Shown here one piece after another: positions 12,164-25,793 of a DNA stretch of 64,000 nucleotides (positions are counted from its first letter, which is position 1; each line of letters opens with the position of its first letter). The notes beneath the pieces are model-generated. The model had not been told where the DNA came from. It searched no databases and saw nothing but the letters and a program-made list of their open reading frames with translations. Where the stretch lies: contig NW_027361986.1 in assembly GCF_039654945.1 (NCBI RefSeq), positions 3,100,001 through 3,164,000 on the forward strand. The letters are read 5' to 3'. The position numbers and the translations under genes are program-made. The DNA is from Dendrobates tinctorius (taxonomy: Eukaryota).

Positions 12164-12815
12164 TGTCACGGAGTGACTGAGCAGTGTGACACGACTCAAT
12201 GGTTGGTCGGTCACCAAACAGCACAACAACACAACGCCGATGGAATAAGGTAGAGGAAGGTCCTGACAATTGGGAATCAGGGACGGTCACCTCCCGAGAT
12301 CCACCCAGAGCCTGTCCCTGTGCTCACCTAACACCCTATGCAGGTCCTTCCCCTGGCCGACATCAGGATACCTCGTCCCTATTTGTCATCTAGATCTGCC
12401 CTGGCCGACAAGGAGCTCTGGCCTCACTTCTGCAGATAAAACACACAGCGGGAAGTGACAGACACCAAAGGGACAAGGTAACAAAAATACAACACTTAGC
12501 TTGTGCACACCGATGCTTAATTCCACACCACAGATAACACAGCAACAGGACTCCAAACACTAGACTTGGCTGACACCAGAGAGCTGCTTCTGCAAAGGTT
12601 GGTCTCCAAAGAGAAACTGTATCACCAACAGTCAGCTGATGCATCAGGTGACCTTTTAAATGTGAGAGTGGTCACCAGCAACATCAGCTGACCCAACAGC
12701 ACTGCAATAACACCAGCGGGGAAAAACTGCGTTTAACCCCCGCTGGCCTGAAAGGAAAAAAGTTTTAATTTGAGTGAAACCAGAGCTGCCACAAATCCAA
12801 AAATGGATCGAGACA
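12164..12815. mobile_element. Solo LTR (Gypsy-type)
   Basis: TGTCACG...CGAGACA termini, 5-bp TSD GTTCA on both sides, no coding sequence. Confidence 0.8.
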
Positions 12816-13163
12816 GTTCATGATCCAAAGCAGTGTGAGGCAGTGTGATGGCATGGGCATGTATGGCTTTCAACGGTGCTGAAATTTGTACAGCGCTTCA
12901 TTCCTTGTGTGTTTTGAATACAGCTACACCTTCGGATCAGATTCAGTCAAATGCAGCAAGGTTGATTAGACGGCACTTTACAGTACAGATGGCCAGTGAC
13001 CCGAAACATACGATATGCCAGGAAGTTTTTTTTAAGGCAAAAAAGTGGGATACTCTACATACAATAGCCGAGTCAATCACCAGATCTATACCCCATCGAG
13101 CATGAATTTCTCATGCTTTCACAAACTTAAGGGACTGTCAGCACAGAAAGACTGTTCAAACTA

Positions 13164-15453
13164 CAGTGGCTTGCAAAAGTATTTACCTCCTAGGCTATTT
13201 CCGTGTTTTCCTACCTCACAACCTTCAAATTTCACTGTTTTTTTGAGCGTTTGCAACAGTTCATGTAAAGAACAAGCCCATACACTATGAATATTTGGCT
13301 TTGTTTTTATTGCGAAGCAAACAAATAGGACAACATAACTGAAAACTTCAGTGAGCATAACTATTCAGCCGCCTAAAGTCAGTACTTTGTAGAGCAAATA
13401 CAGCTGCAAGTAGCTTTGGATAAGTCTCTATAAGCTTTCCACTGGGATTTTTGCCCATTCCTCAATGCAAAATTGCTCCAGCTCCTCCATCAAGATAAAT
13501 AGTTTACTCTGGTGAAAAGCAATCTTCAAGTTTGACCACAGATCTGGACTTTGACTGGGCCACTCCAAAACATTTACCATATTTTCGGATCATAAGAGTA
13601 TGTGCACACGTTGTGGATTTAGATGCGGATCCGCAGCGTTTTTGGACGCGGATTTGCATCAAATGCGAAGTGTAGTGCACAGCCAATGTTCATCTATGGG
13701 AAATGGAGTTTTGCTGTGCACATGCTGCGGAAAAAACGCACGGATTCGCGAGTGACGATCTCCTGTGGAGAGCTGTCACATAAGCAGATGTGACCGCTCT
13801 CCAGGGGCTCTGGTGATACGATGCGGAGGATTATCTTAGTCATTGTTATCACTCCGCCGCCAATAGGTCACCTGAGTTCACCTGTCACTTTGCGGCACTA
13901 CAGCATGAGAATTTTCTCACGCTGTAGTGCCGTAAAGCAAGAGGCTTAACTCCGATGACACGCTGTGGGAGGGTTATCTCCGATCAGTGTGTCATCGGAG
14001 GCCCATCTGCTGATTGGACTGCTCCATAGGGGAGATTGTTGTGGGACAATCGTTATTAAAGAGGGACTACGTCGGATCAGGGAGTATACTGTTGGTTTTT
14101 TTAATTTTTTTGCAGGTGATCGATGGCTTCAAATGGATTTAGGCGTACAATAAAAATTATGAAAAACTGTCATGTTTTATTTAATTAAAATACTTTATTC
14201 TTAGTGTGGTTTTTTTAACCCTTTATTACTAGAAGATTAATAATGGATAGGCGTCTTATTGACGCCTCTCCATTATTAACTGGGCTTAATGTCACCTTAC
14301 AATCAGGGCTGTGGAGTCAGTAAGCCAAACCTGTGACTCCGACTCCGACTCCTCAATTTCCCTTACACCGACTCCGACTCCAACTCCGACTCCGACTCCC
14401 ACACATATTGCTTATATTTAAGTGAAAAATTTATTGTAGTACAATGTGAACCTCAGACATTTAATAATTTTTATGATCCAATAATCAAGATATTTAGATA
14501 GAACAGAATATATATTGGTGTACTACCCGGTTTTCATTCTTTTTGGTACAGATACGATATGGATAGACAGATATGGATAAATGGATAGATAGAGCAGATT
14601 TCTAATCTGCTTTTGCTATTGAAAACATTATCTATGAGCTCAAAAACCTTTCAGGTGATGCAGTTTTTTAAAAAGCTGATCTGCTTTTGCAGCTGAAAAA
14701 CGTATCCTCAAAAAAACACAGGAAAAACGCTGTGTGTGAATGTAGCCTTAGATCAGGAATATAACAGCCATTTATAGGGCATTTCATAACTTTCCCAAAC
14801 TCCTATGAAAAAATATTCAGCACATCCTGCATTGAATTACTGTACCCAATTTATTATATATTTTAGGAGTCGGTCCATTTTATACCGACTCCAACTCCGA
14901 CTCCACCAAAATGAGCACCGACTCCGACTCCACGACTCCGACTCCACAGCCCTGCTTACAATAGCCAATAGCAAGGTGACATTAACCCCTTTATTACACC
15001 ATATGCCACCGCTACACGGCAGTGGGAAGAGAGGGGCTAAGTGCCAGAATAATTTATTAATTATTTTGTGTGACATCTCTGTGATTGAAGGGCATAAAAC
15101 TTTCCTCATAAATAAACACAAGTTATACCGAAGAAATTTTACCGCTATCATGAATATGTCCTGAAAAAAAATCTCAGAATCACCGAGATCCGTTGAAGTG
15201 TTCCAGAGTTATTACCTCAAAGTGACGGTCGTCAGAATTGTAAAATTTGGACTAATCATTAAGGTCAAAATTGGCTCCATCACTAAGGGGTTAATTTCTG
15301 CCTATATTTTTCTCACTTCATCAACTTAAAACAATTTGTGGCTGATGCATCTCACATAAAATCGGATTACAAAAATTTTTAAACGCAGGTTGTAATGTAA
15401 CAAAATAGGTAAAAAGCCAATGGTGGTGGTGGGTGGAATACATTTGCAAGCTA
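13164..15453. mobile_element. Internally deleted Tc1-like element with nested insertions
   Basis: TA|CAGTGGCTTGCAAAAGTATT left TIR; degenerate mirror AATACATTTGCAAGC near 15440-15453. Confidence 0.55.
14304..14954. mobile_element. Non-autonomous hAT element
   Basis: TIRs CAGGGCTGTGGAGTC / GACTCCACAGCCCTG, 8-bp TSD CTTACAAT, (CCGACT)n subterminal repeats. Confidence 0.9.
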
Positions 15454-15960
15454 CGTCCCACAGTTCGGTACTTCATGGCCAATCATTTTTGTACACCTTC
15501 CCACTTTCCCCCTATCTGGACCCCACTCTTATATGACTGACAGTTCTGGTTTCATAGGGTCAGAGAAGGGAGGCGATAGATGGAGGCCAAGCAGGTGGGG
15601 AGGTGTATATAAATGATTGGCCCCGCCATGGGGGCACCGAGCGCCTGTACTTTATTTGAACAGTCATTCTGTGCTGATAGATTCCCCCTTCATGGTACAA
15701 ACAACCAACAACTGAAGTCAGCTGCAGTAAGGGACGGCAATGCATCACAAAGGAGCAAGCCCAGCGTTTGGTGACGTCCATGGCTTCCAGACTTCAGGCA
15801 GTCGATGCCAGCAAAGGATTATATACAAAGTGTTAAAAATGAACATTTATGATAAAGTTAATCTGTCCGATAACTTTGAGCTCCTGAAACGAGGAGGCTT
15901 CGTAGAAGAATGGATGCGATTCATAACGTTTCACGGGATATTTTGGACCAACCCCTTTAA

Positions 15961-16557
15961 AGGGAATCTGTCACCTCATTTTTGGACTATAAGCTGCGGC
16001 CACCGCCATCAGGGGCTTATCTCCAGCCCGATGTAATGCTGTAGATAAGCCCCCGATGTAACCTGAAAGATAAGAAAAACGAGTTAGATTATACTCACCT
16101 GGGGGTCTGGTCCAGTCCGATGGGTGTCGTGGTCCGGTGCCTCTTCTTCTAACGATGACGTCCTCCTCCTTACTTCTGCCGTGGCTCCTGCGCAGGCGTA
16201 CTTTATCTGCCCTATTGAGGGCAGAGCAGAGTACTGCAGTGCGCAAGCACCGGGAAAGGTCAGAGAGGTCTGGCGCCTGCACACTGCACGACTCTGCTCT
16301 GCCCTCAACAGGGTAAAGTACGCCTGCGCAGGAGCTGCGATAGGCAGCAAGGAAGAGGACGTCATCACTAGAAGATGCGAGGCACCAGACCGCTACACCC
16401 ACCGGACCGGACCCCCGGGTGAGTATAATCTAAATCGTTTTTCTTATCTTTCAGGTTACATCGGGGGCTTATCTACAGCATTACAGAATGCTGTACATAA
16501 GCCCGTGATGGCGGTGGCTGCAGTTTATAGGCCAAAAATGAGGAGACAGATTCCCCT
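15961..16557. mobile_element. T2/Kolobok-type palindromic MITE
   Basis: TTAA TSD, termini AGGGAATCTGTC / GACAGATTCCCCT, arms inverted along almost the full length. Confidence 0.9.
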
Positions 16558-16755
16558 TTAATTAAACCTGAAAGTCTACACTTCAATTGCATCCATTGTT
16601 TCACTTTAAATAAAAAAAAAAAAAAAATAGTGGCCTGCAGAGCTGAAATCACATAGATTTGGTCACTGTCCAAATATTTCTGGACCCAACTGTATATAAA
16701 AACGATTAGGGAATAACAGTTACCATTTTCAGTGAAGAAATGTAACATTTTATTG

Positions 16756-16945
16756 CAGGAAGTATCACCAGGATGAGAACGTGACTCATCAAGGCGTTTT
16801 GCACAATCAGTTTTCGGACCTTGCTAAATAAAATAAAAAGGGAACTATTTCTAGAGTTGAAACTCTTTCTAAAAACAGTGAAAACGAGGCAGCGTGATTC
16901 AGCAAATAATCCAAAGTTTTCGAAAATCTGAAAATGCCAAGTCAC
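16756..16945. promoter_or_regulatory. Candidate intronic NRF2/BACH1 (ARE/MARE) enhancer
   Basis: GTGATTCAGCA at 16894-16904 (+), GTGACTTGGCA at 16945-16935 (-), AP-1 TGACTCA at 16782-16788 and ETS CAGGAAGT at 16756, in sequence where I recognise no repeat. Confidence 0.4.
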
Positions 16946-18634
16946 GGTGAAGACCCTTCTCTCTACTCCATGTGCAGTCATCAGCGGATTTCACGGATCA
17001 GGGGTTACGACCAACGGAGAAACTGTGCACAACTAAAAGGTTTCCATATACAGAGAACACGATAGGAAAATGTCCCGACATATGAACAGAAAACACCGCT
17101 GCGCGTGACTGTGTGCCATACGTCATGCCGAGGCTGCCATGTTAACCATAAAGTAGTGCTGGATGCTATTGTGGTGGCTAAGTGTGAATTAACTCCTGGA
17201 GAGGAAAAGTACATTTTAGGTCTATGATAAAATTACTGAAAAGGTAATTATAGCCACTAAAATTAAACACTTGTGCACATGGCTGTATTTTCGATCCAAG
17301 GATGATCTGACAAAATGTTGGATTGAGCGCGGACAAATGTTATAAGGGATCATGCACTTGTCAAATTTTTTAATCGGACCAAGTCATTCCATGGAAAAAA
17401 AAAAAAAATATTCAAAATTGCTGCACTGCAGAGTGTGACCCGATATTTGGATCGCACTGCTCCATAGAAAACATTGGACTGCGCTCGGATGGCATCTGAG
17501 TGCAGTGCGATTTCCGCGCACTGACAGAATGGAGACTTTTTTTCTCCATTTTCTCCTCATCCGAGAATCAGATCACACTACGCTCACACTCTGATCAAAC
17601 TCATCATTTCTCGGATAAGAAAAAGGAGTCTGCACATAGCCTAAAGAAAACCTGTCAAATACTTTTACCACACCCTCCCCTCAATCTATTAATTAAAGCA
17701 CTGCACATGCAGCGAGAAATTGCATTTTGAAGTGGTGTCTGTAAATGCACTGGAGTGTGACGATGCACTTACAGCTTCTCAGCCTCACGCTGTATTTTCT
17801 CCCTAGCATTATCCTTACCTGGCCGACTGACAGATGCTTTGCTCTGGTCCATGGTGTAATAACCTTTCAAGCCCCGACCGGAAGCGCGTCATACATCCCG
17901 CCCATCGGTGCCCTTGACACGCAATCGCAGGGCAGAAATGAGTTGCCATGACAGACGGGGGTCTGTTGATGACCACCGTGCCTGTGATAATGACCCTCCT
18001 GTGAACGCTGGCCTATGATTTCTGCTATACATACCAGGGCTCAAGGCCTGCTATGTACAGTACAGGCGACCGGACGATCACAGCTTCAAGGGGAGTATTA
18101 AGCCACCATTGGTTTTAACATATAGTGTTGAGGAAAACGGGAAAAAAATTCCAAGTACGGTGAAATTGCAAAAAAAAGTGCATTTGCTAAAACTGACCTG
18201 CCATTATGATTCTCCAGGTCATTACAAGTTCAGAGACCCCAAACATGTCTGGGTTGTTTTTTATCTAAGTGGTGAAAAAAATTCCTAAATCTGTTAAAAA
18301 GAAAAATTGCGTCATTTTCCGATACCAGTAGCGTCTCAATTTTTCTTGATCTTGGGTTGGGTGAGGGATTATTTTTTGCGCGCCGAGCTGACGTTTGTAA
18401 TGATACCATTTTGGTGCAGATACGATCTTTTGATCGCCCGTTACTGCATTTTAATGCAATGTTGCGGCGACCATAAAAACGTAATTCTGGCACTTCTACT
18501 TTTTTATCTCGATACGCCGTTTAGCGATCAGGTTAATTCTTTTATTACATTGATAGATCGGACAATTCTGAACTCAGCGTTTTATTTTGAATGGGGCACA
18601 AAGGGGGATGATTTGAACTTTTATTTTTTTTTAA

Positions 18635-21611
18635 CCCCTTATCCCCCGGAGCTTTTTTCGGTTTTGCACTTTCGTTTTTCGCTCCCCTCCTTCCCAGAGA
18701 CATAACTTTTTTATTTTTCCATCAATATGACCATGTGAAGGCTTATTTCATACGGGATGAGTTGTACTTTTGAATGACACCATTGGTTTTACCATGTCAT
18801 GTACTAGAAAAAATTCCAAGTGAGATGAAATTGCAAAAAAGTGCAATCCCACACTTGTTTTTTGTTTGGCTTTTTTGCTAGGTTCACTAAATGCTAAAAC
18901 TGACCTGCCATTATGATTCTTCAGGTCATTACGAGTTCATAGACACCAAACATGTCGAGGTTCTGTTTTAATTGGTGAAAATATATTCCAAAGTTTGCTT
19001 TAAAAAAAAAAAAAAATTAGCGCCATTTTCCGATACCAGTAGCGTCTCAAATTTTTCGTGATCTTGGGTCGGGTGAGGGCTTATTTTTTTGTGCTGAGCT
19101 AACGATTTAAGTGATACCATTTTGGCACAGATATGATCTTTTGATCGCCCGTTATTTCATTTTAATGCAATGTTAAGTATTACCTGCCTAACCCAGGAAG
19201 AAGTGCAGAACCGCCTTACTAAGATTAAAATTGACAAATCACCAGGCCCTGATGGCATTCACCCTCGGGTATTAAGGGAGTTAAGTAATGTGATAGACAG
19301 GCCTCTATTCCTTATATTTAAAGACTCTATAGAAACAGGGTCTGTTACTTTTGATTGGCGGCAAGCAAATGTGGTACCAATATTCAAATAGGGGTGTAAT
19401 AGGGAACCTGGAAACTATAGGCCGGTAAGCTTAACATCTGTTGTGGGTAAAATTTTTGAAGGGTTTCTAAGGGATACCATTATGGAATATCTCAATGTTA
19501 ATAAATGTTTAATTCCATATCAACATGGATTTATGAAGGAACGTTCCTGTCAAACTAACCTGATCAGCTTCTATGAGGATGTAAGCTCTCAAATGGGCCA
19601 AGGAGAATCATTGGATGTCATTTATCTCGACTTCTCTAAAGCATTTGACACTGTCCCACATAAAAGATTGGTAAGATGAGAAAGCTTGGGCTAGGGGAAA
19701 ATGTGTGTAGATGGGTAGGTAGCTGGCTTAGTGATAGAAAACAAAGAGTGGTTATTAATGGTGCATACTCAGATTGGGCCAGGGTTACTAGTGGGGTACC
19801 ACAGGGTTCTGTATTGGGCCTCCTACTATTTAATATATTTATTAATGATCTTGTGGATGGCTTACACAGTAAAATATCAGTATTTGCAGATGATACAAAA
19901 CTATGTAAGGTAGTTAACACAAAGGAGGACAGTTTGCAACTAGACAGATTTGAGTAAATTGGAGAATTGGGCTGAAAAATGGCAAATGAGGTTTAACACA
20001 GATAAGTGTAAGGTTATGCACATGGGAAGGAGAAACAGATGCTACAATTATTTACTAAATGGGAAACTGCTGGGGAAATCAGACATGGAAAAAGACTTAG
20101 GCATCTTAGTCAATAAGAAGCTAAATTGGAGTGCCCAGTGTCAGGCAGCTGCCACCAAAGCAAATAGGGTCATGGGATGCATTAGAAGAGGTTCTGGGGA
20201 CACGAGATGAATACATAATTCTCCCTCTGTACAAATCACTCGTCAAACCACACTTGGAGTATTGTGTGCAATTTTGGACGCCGGTGCTCAAGAAAGACAT
20301 TACTGAACTTGAAAGGGTTCAAAGGCGGGCTACTAAAATGATAAATGGAGTTGGTTCACTACAATACCCAGAAAGGTTATCAAAATTAGGTCTATTTACT
20401 CTAGAAAAGAGAAGACTTAGGGGAGACTTAATATATATGTACAAGTATATCAGAGGGCAATACAGAGATCTCTCCAATGAACTGTTTGTACCAAGGACTG
20501 TGACAAGAACAAGGGGGCATTCTCTTCGTTTGGAGGAAAGACAATTTCTGCACCAGCATAGAAGAGGGTTCTTCACGGTAAGAGCAGTAAGGCTCTGGAA
20601 TTCTCTTCCTGAGGAAGTGGTGATGACCAACTCACTGAATGAATTTAAGAAAGGAATGGATGCTTTTCTTGTGAGTAACAGTATAGAAGGTTATGAATAA
20701 CATAATATTATAGGTAGATGGTTGACCCAGCTTAGGGGAAGGAATTTTTTTCCCTATGGAAAAAATCGGCTTCTACTCTGTGGGTTTTTTGCCTTCCCCA
20801 GGATCAACAATGCAGAACAGCTGCACTAAAAATAGGCTGAACTAGATGGACAAAAGGTCTTCCTTCAGCCTTCAAAACTATGTTACTATGTTGAGCCGAC
20901 CAAAAAAAAGTAATTTTTCATTTTTTTCTCGCTACACCATTTAGCGCTCAGGTTAATCCTTTTTTTATTGATAGATCGGGTGATTCTGAACACGGTGATA
21001 CCAAATATGTGTATGTGTGATTTTTTTTTTTTATTGCTTTATTTTGAATGGGGTGAAAGGGGGGCGATTTAAACTTTTATATTTTTTTTTATATTTTAAA
21101 CACTTTTTTTTTTTTTTTTTTACTTTTGCCATGCTTCAATAGCCTCTATAGGAGACTAGAAGCTGGCACAACTCAATCATCTCTGCTGCATAAAGGCGAT
21201 AAGCCGGTCCCCTTTATGTAGCAGATTTACTAACTTGCTATAAGCGCCAACCACTGGGTGGCGCTCACAGCAAGCCGGCACTGATAACCATAGAGGTCTC
21301 CAGGAGACCTCGGGTTGTCATGCTGATGCACCAGTGACCCGCGATCACGTGACGTGGGTCACTGGTGTGCGGATTTCCAGAGCGACTGCTGGAAGAGCCA
21401 ATTGAATGCCGCTGTCAGCGCCTGACTGCATCATTTAACTAGTTAAAAGCTGCGGGTGGATCCCGATTCCACCCGCGGCTATTGCGGGCACATGTCAGAT
21501 TTTCAAAATAGCTGACATGTCCAAGAAAAGATGTGGTCTCACCGCTGGAGCCCACATCAAAGGGAGGGATACCGACATCGGCGTACTATTACGCCCGATG
21601 TCGGTAAGGGG
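18635..21611. mobile_element. piggyBac-type non-autonomous element, containing a CR1 insertion
   Basis: TTAA|CCCCTT...AAGGGG|TTAA termini; inserted in a related copy whose pieces are about 18106-18630 and 21616-22075 (ending AAGGGG|TTAA). Confidence 0.7.
19175..20891 (+). mobile_element. 5'-truncated CR1 LINE, disrupted RT ORF2
   Basis: Motifs KSPGPDGIHPRVL, YLDFSKAFD, GVPQGSVLG, FADD and LERVQRRATK across frameshifted ORFs 19170-20700; CTATGTTA-type tandem 3' tail. Confidence 0.95.
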
Positions 21612-24000
21612 TTAATATTTTTAAACTTTTTTTTCACTTTTGGCATGCTTCAATAGTCCCCATAGGAGACTAGAAGCTGCAGTTGTCCCATCGGCTCTGC
21701 TACATACGGGCAATGATCAGATCACCTGTATGTAGCAAATGAGCAATTCTGCTATGAGCGCCGACCACCGGACAGAGCTCATAATAATCCAGCAGTGATA
21801 ACCATAGCGGTCTGCTGGAGACGTCTGGTTGTCATGCCAAGCCATCGGCAACCTGCCGCCATGTAACACGAGCTCCGAAAGGTGGGATTTCCAGCGCGCT
21901 TGCCGAGTTTGACAGCGGCATTTAACTAGTTAACAGCCGCGGGTGCATTGCGAATCCACCCACGGCTGTCAGAGGCACATGTCAGCTGTTTCGAACAACT
22001 GAAATGTGCCGGAAAAGATGTGGGCTCAGCGCCAGAGCCCACATCAGAGGGAGGGAGTCCGACATCGGCAAGGGGTTAAATTCAGGAAAAAAAAAAAAAA
22101 AAAAAAAAAACAACACAATTCAAAATCGCTCCACTTTTGCCCCATTAAAAATAAAACCATGAAAACACATTTAGTGTCACTGCTTTCTGAAAAGTCTTAC
22201 CCAAAATATAAAATGAAACCAAATCGGTAAACGGCATAATAATAAGGAAAAAATCAAAGCGCCCGAATTACGTTTTTTGAGCCGTCGCAACATTGCAATA
22301 AAATAAACATAGAATGATAAATGGTATCAATAAAAACATCAGCTCAGGGCACAAAGTAAACCCTCACACATCTCCATATGCCAAAAAAATTAACATGAAC
22401 TTGTAACGTTGACGATTTAAAAAAAAAAAAAAAAAAAAAAAAATATTGACAATTTTTATTTTTTTGTATTTCCATTTTTTTCACTACCTAAATAAAAACA
22501 AAATCCCCCCCCCCAAAAAAAAAAAAAAACTACAGTATACATGCTTGGCATCTGGGTACTTGTACTGACCCTGGGAATCATATTGCCAGGTCAGTTTTAC
22601 CATATAGTGAACATGGTAAATAAAAAACAATTGTAGGAATTAAATTTTTTGCAATTTTAACACAATTGGGAGGTTTTTTTTCTTGCTTTGCGATGCATCA
22701 CATAAGAAAAAGAAAAAAAAGAGAGGGAATTTGCTGTTTCCCAGGTGCTGGTAACCACTGCCGGGAACTGAACCGTAGCTTCAGATAGTGGCAGGTAGCA
22801 AGGCTAAAATGACATCCTGGCACACTTAAGAACTGAAACCCACCACAGAAGTATACGGCTTTCTATTTCCACCATTCCCAAGAAACCTCACACTGAACCT
22901 CGTTTATTGCAGAACGGCTGTGGCCAATTCATTTCTGACCGGACTGGTCATTCTTACTTGTCCATTAGTTTGGTCAAAGAAAATAAAGTTCTCAGATTGA
23001 TCATTTCCTAGATGTAACAGGTTCCCACTTTTGAGTTCCAGGCTGCATATGTTTGCAATGAGCCTGTATTGCTACTAGTACATAGCCGACATATTTTGGG
23101 ACCACCAAAACACAAAGTTAATTGAAAATATTAACTCCTGGCACCAAACGTCACCGAGTTCCAGCCTGCCAGGTATGTTACATATGAGTTTAATGAAGGC
23201 ATGAATATATCCAGTCCTGAAGTGCACGCCGGGCTTATTGGCAGCAGATTTGTTTTTATCTAGCAAAAAGCAGCTGTTTATAGAGAAGTCAAGCAGAACA
23301 TATTCTATCCAGACAGAGCACAGCAACTTCCAACAACGCTAAAAGGAAAAGGAGTCACACAACTGCATTGCCACAATAACATGGCGAATCTCTGACCATC
23401 TTTGCTTTGGAGACTCTGCCTCTCTAACACGCTCTTTTAAAACAGTCATGCGATGTGTACATTAACTCTTCAGCTGTTTTTCGTTAGTACCACTTACTTT
23501 TCCAACCATTTGATAACCTTGTACCAACTTTTCTGAAATGTGCTGCTGCCTTCCATTTTTAGAATTTTATTTTTTCAAAGGAAATGGAAAACATCTAAGT
23601 TTCACCTTCTGATGTGTGTTCTATATTTTGCTGTAAATAAAATATGGCTGTACGAGATTTCCAAATCATTGAATTCTTGTTTTATTAGTGTTCCAACTAT
23701 TTTTTTTGGAATTGAGGTTGTAAATAAATAAATACACTTTAGCCAAAGAAGATGTCCTGGATGTCTAAGCTCCTTATGTACCATGTGGTTCTAGCAAATG
23801 TGGGCTCAAAAGCTTATTATATGCTGAGTAACTATGGTATACAGCAGGGCTCTTAGATATGGCAGCCATGACTAAGAGCACTACTGCTCGAAACCCGGCA
23901 GTGTTACTACTAGTGCCCACAGATGTACTAGATATAGTATTGAAGCTCTACGCCCTTTAGGACGGAGCCATTTTTCATTTTTGAGCTTTTGTTTTCGTTA

Positions 24001-25164
24001 CCGTATATACTCGTGTACAAGCCGAGATTTTCAGCCCATTTTTTGGGGCTGAAAGTCCCCCTCTCGGCTTATACACGAGTCATATACCGTGGGGGGATCG
24101 GCAGGGGAGGGGGAGCGGGGGTGTCAGATCATACTCACCCTTCTCTGCAGCTCCCCTGCTTGTTCCATGTTGTCGGCGCTGTTCTCTTCCTGCTTCAGCT
24201 GTCAAATGGTACCCGCTCATTAAATATGCGCATATTTAATGAGCGGGTACCACGTGACCGCTGAACCAGGAAGAGAGCAGCGCCGACAACATGGAACAGC
24301 AAGCAGGGGAGCTGCAGAGACAAGCGCCAGGACCCGGTGAGTATGAACGGGGGGGGGGGGGGGGGAGGCATATCCACCTGTCCCTGCGCTCTGCTGTCTT
24401 GCGTCCTCTGCCTGCACAGTCACTGCAGAGCAGGGGGCAGCGACTGAGGTGAGCATACAGGTTTTTGGTTTTTTTTGTAAGGGAGCGGCAGCAGCAACAT
24501 GATGGGGCCACACACTGTGCAGATAACTGGGGCCACTCACTGTGCAGCAAAGCTGGGGCCACTCACTGTGCATCATAACTGGGGCCACTCACTGTGCATC
24601 ATAACTGGGGCCACTCACTGTGCATCATAACTGGGGCCACTCACTGTGCATCATAACTGGGGCCACTCACTGTGCATCATAACTGGGGCCACTCACTGTG
24701 CATCATAACTGGGGCCACTCACTGTGCATCATAACTGGGGCCACTCACTGTGCATCATAACTGGGGCCACTCACTGTGCATCATATCTGGGGCCACTCAC
24801 TGTGCATCATAACTGGGGCCACTCACTGTGCATCATAACTGGGGCCACTCACTGTGCATCATAACTGGGGCCACTCACTGTGCATCATAACTGGGGCCAC
24901 TCACTATGCAGATAACTGGGGCCACTCACTGTGCATCATAACTGGGGCCACTCACTGTGCATCATAACTGGGGCCACTCACTGTGCATCATAACTGGGGC
25001 CACTCACTGTGCATCATAACTGGGGCCACACACAGCAGATAACTGAGGCCACTCACTGTGCACCCTCGGCTTATACACGAGTCAATAAGTTTTCCCATTT
25101 TTTTGTGGCAAAATTATGGGGGGTCGGCTTATACTCGGGTCGGCTTATACTCAAGTATATACGG
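24001..25164. mobile_element. Tc2/pogo-type non-autonomous element
   Basis: TA TSD, TIRs CCGTATATACTCG / CTCAAGTATATACGG; same family as 10772-11697. Confidence 0.85.
24503..25062. repeat. 26-bp minisatellite, about 21 copies
   Basis: Unit GGGGCCACTCACTGTGCATCATAACT, tandem with no spacers, inside the Tc2-type element. Confidence 0.95.
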
Positions 25165-25793
25165 TAATCTATTTCCCAGCGACAGAGCCATATGACCGCT
25201 TCCATTTGCGGCTTCTTTATTTGCGGAACAAGTTGTTGTTTTGAATGATATGCTTTTTCACATACAGTGGGGAAAAATAAGTATTTGATACACTGCCGAT
25301 ATTGCAAGTTTTCCCACCTACAAAGAATGGAGAGGTCTGTAATTTTTATCTTGGGTACACTTCAACTGTGGGAGACAAAATCTTAAAAAGAAAAAAAAAA
25401 AATCCAGAAAATCCCATCGTATGATTTTTTACATAATTTGCATTTTATCGCATGAAATAAGCATTTGATACAACAGAAAATCGGAACTTAATATTTGTTA
25501 AGGAAACCTTTGCTTGGCATTACAGATGTCAGAAATTTCCTGTAGTTCTTGACCAAGTTTGCACACACTGCAGCAGGGATTTTGGCCCGCTCCTCCTTAC
25601 AGATCTTCTCGGTTTCTGGGCTGTCGCTGGGCAACATTGAGTTTCAGCTCCCTCCAAAGATTTTCTATGAGGTTCAGGTCTGGAGACTGGCTAGGCCACT
25701 CCAGGACCTAGAAATGCTTCTTACAGAGCCACTCCCTAGTTGTTCTGGCTGTGTGTTTCTGGTAATTGTCATGCTGGAAGACTCAGACACGGC

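Larger units (their letters stand above)
12020..16692 (+). mobile_element. Fragmented Tc1-like element hosting later insertions
   Basis: Decayed transposase pieces at about 12030-12160, 12820-13150 and 15690-15900; right end ...TGGACCCAACTG|TA at 16692. Left boundary unresolved. Confidence 0.5.

Noticed and set aside
24503-25062. Regular 26-bp repeats resembling a CRISPR array
   Set aside because: Units are directly tandem with no unique spacers, there are no cas genes, the context is eukaryotic, and the array lies inside a TE.
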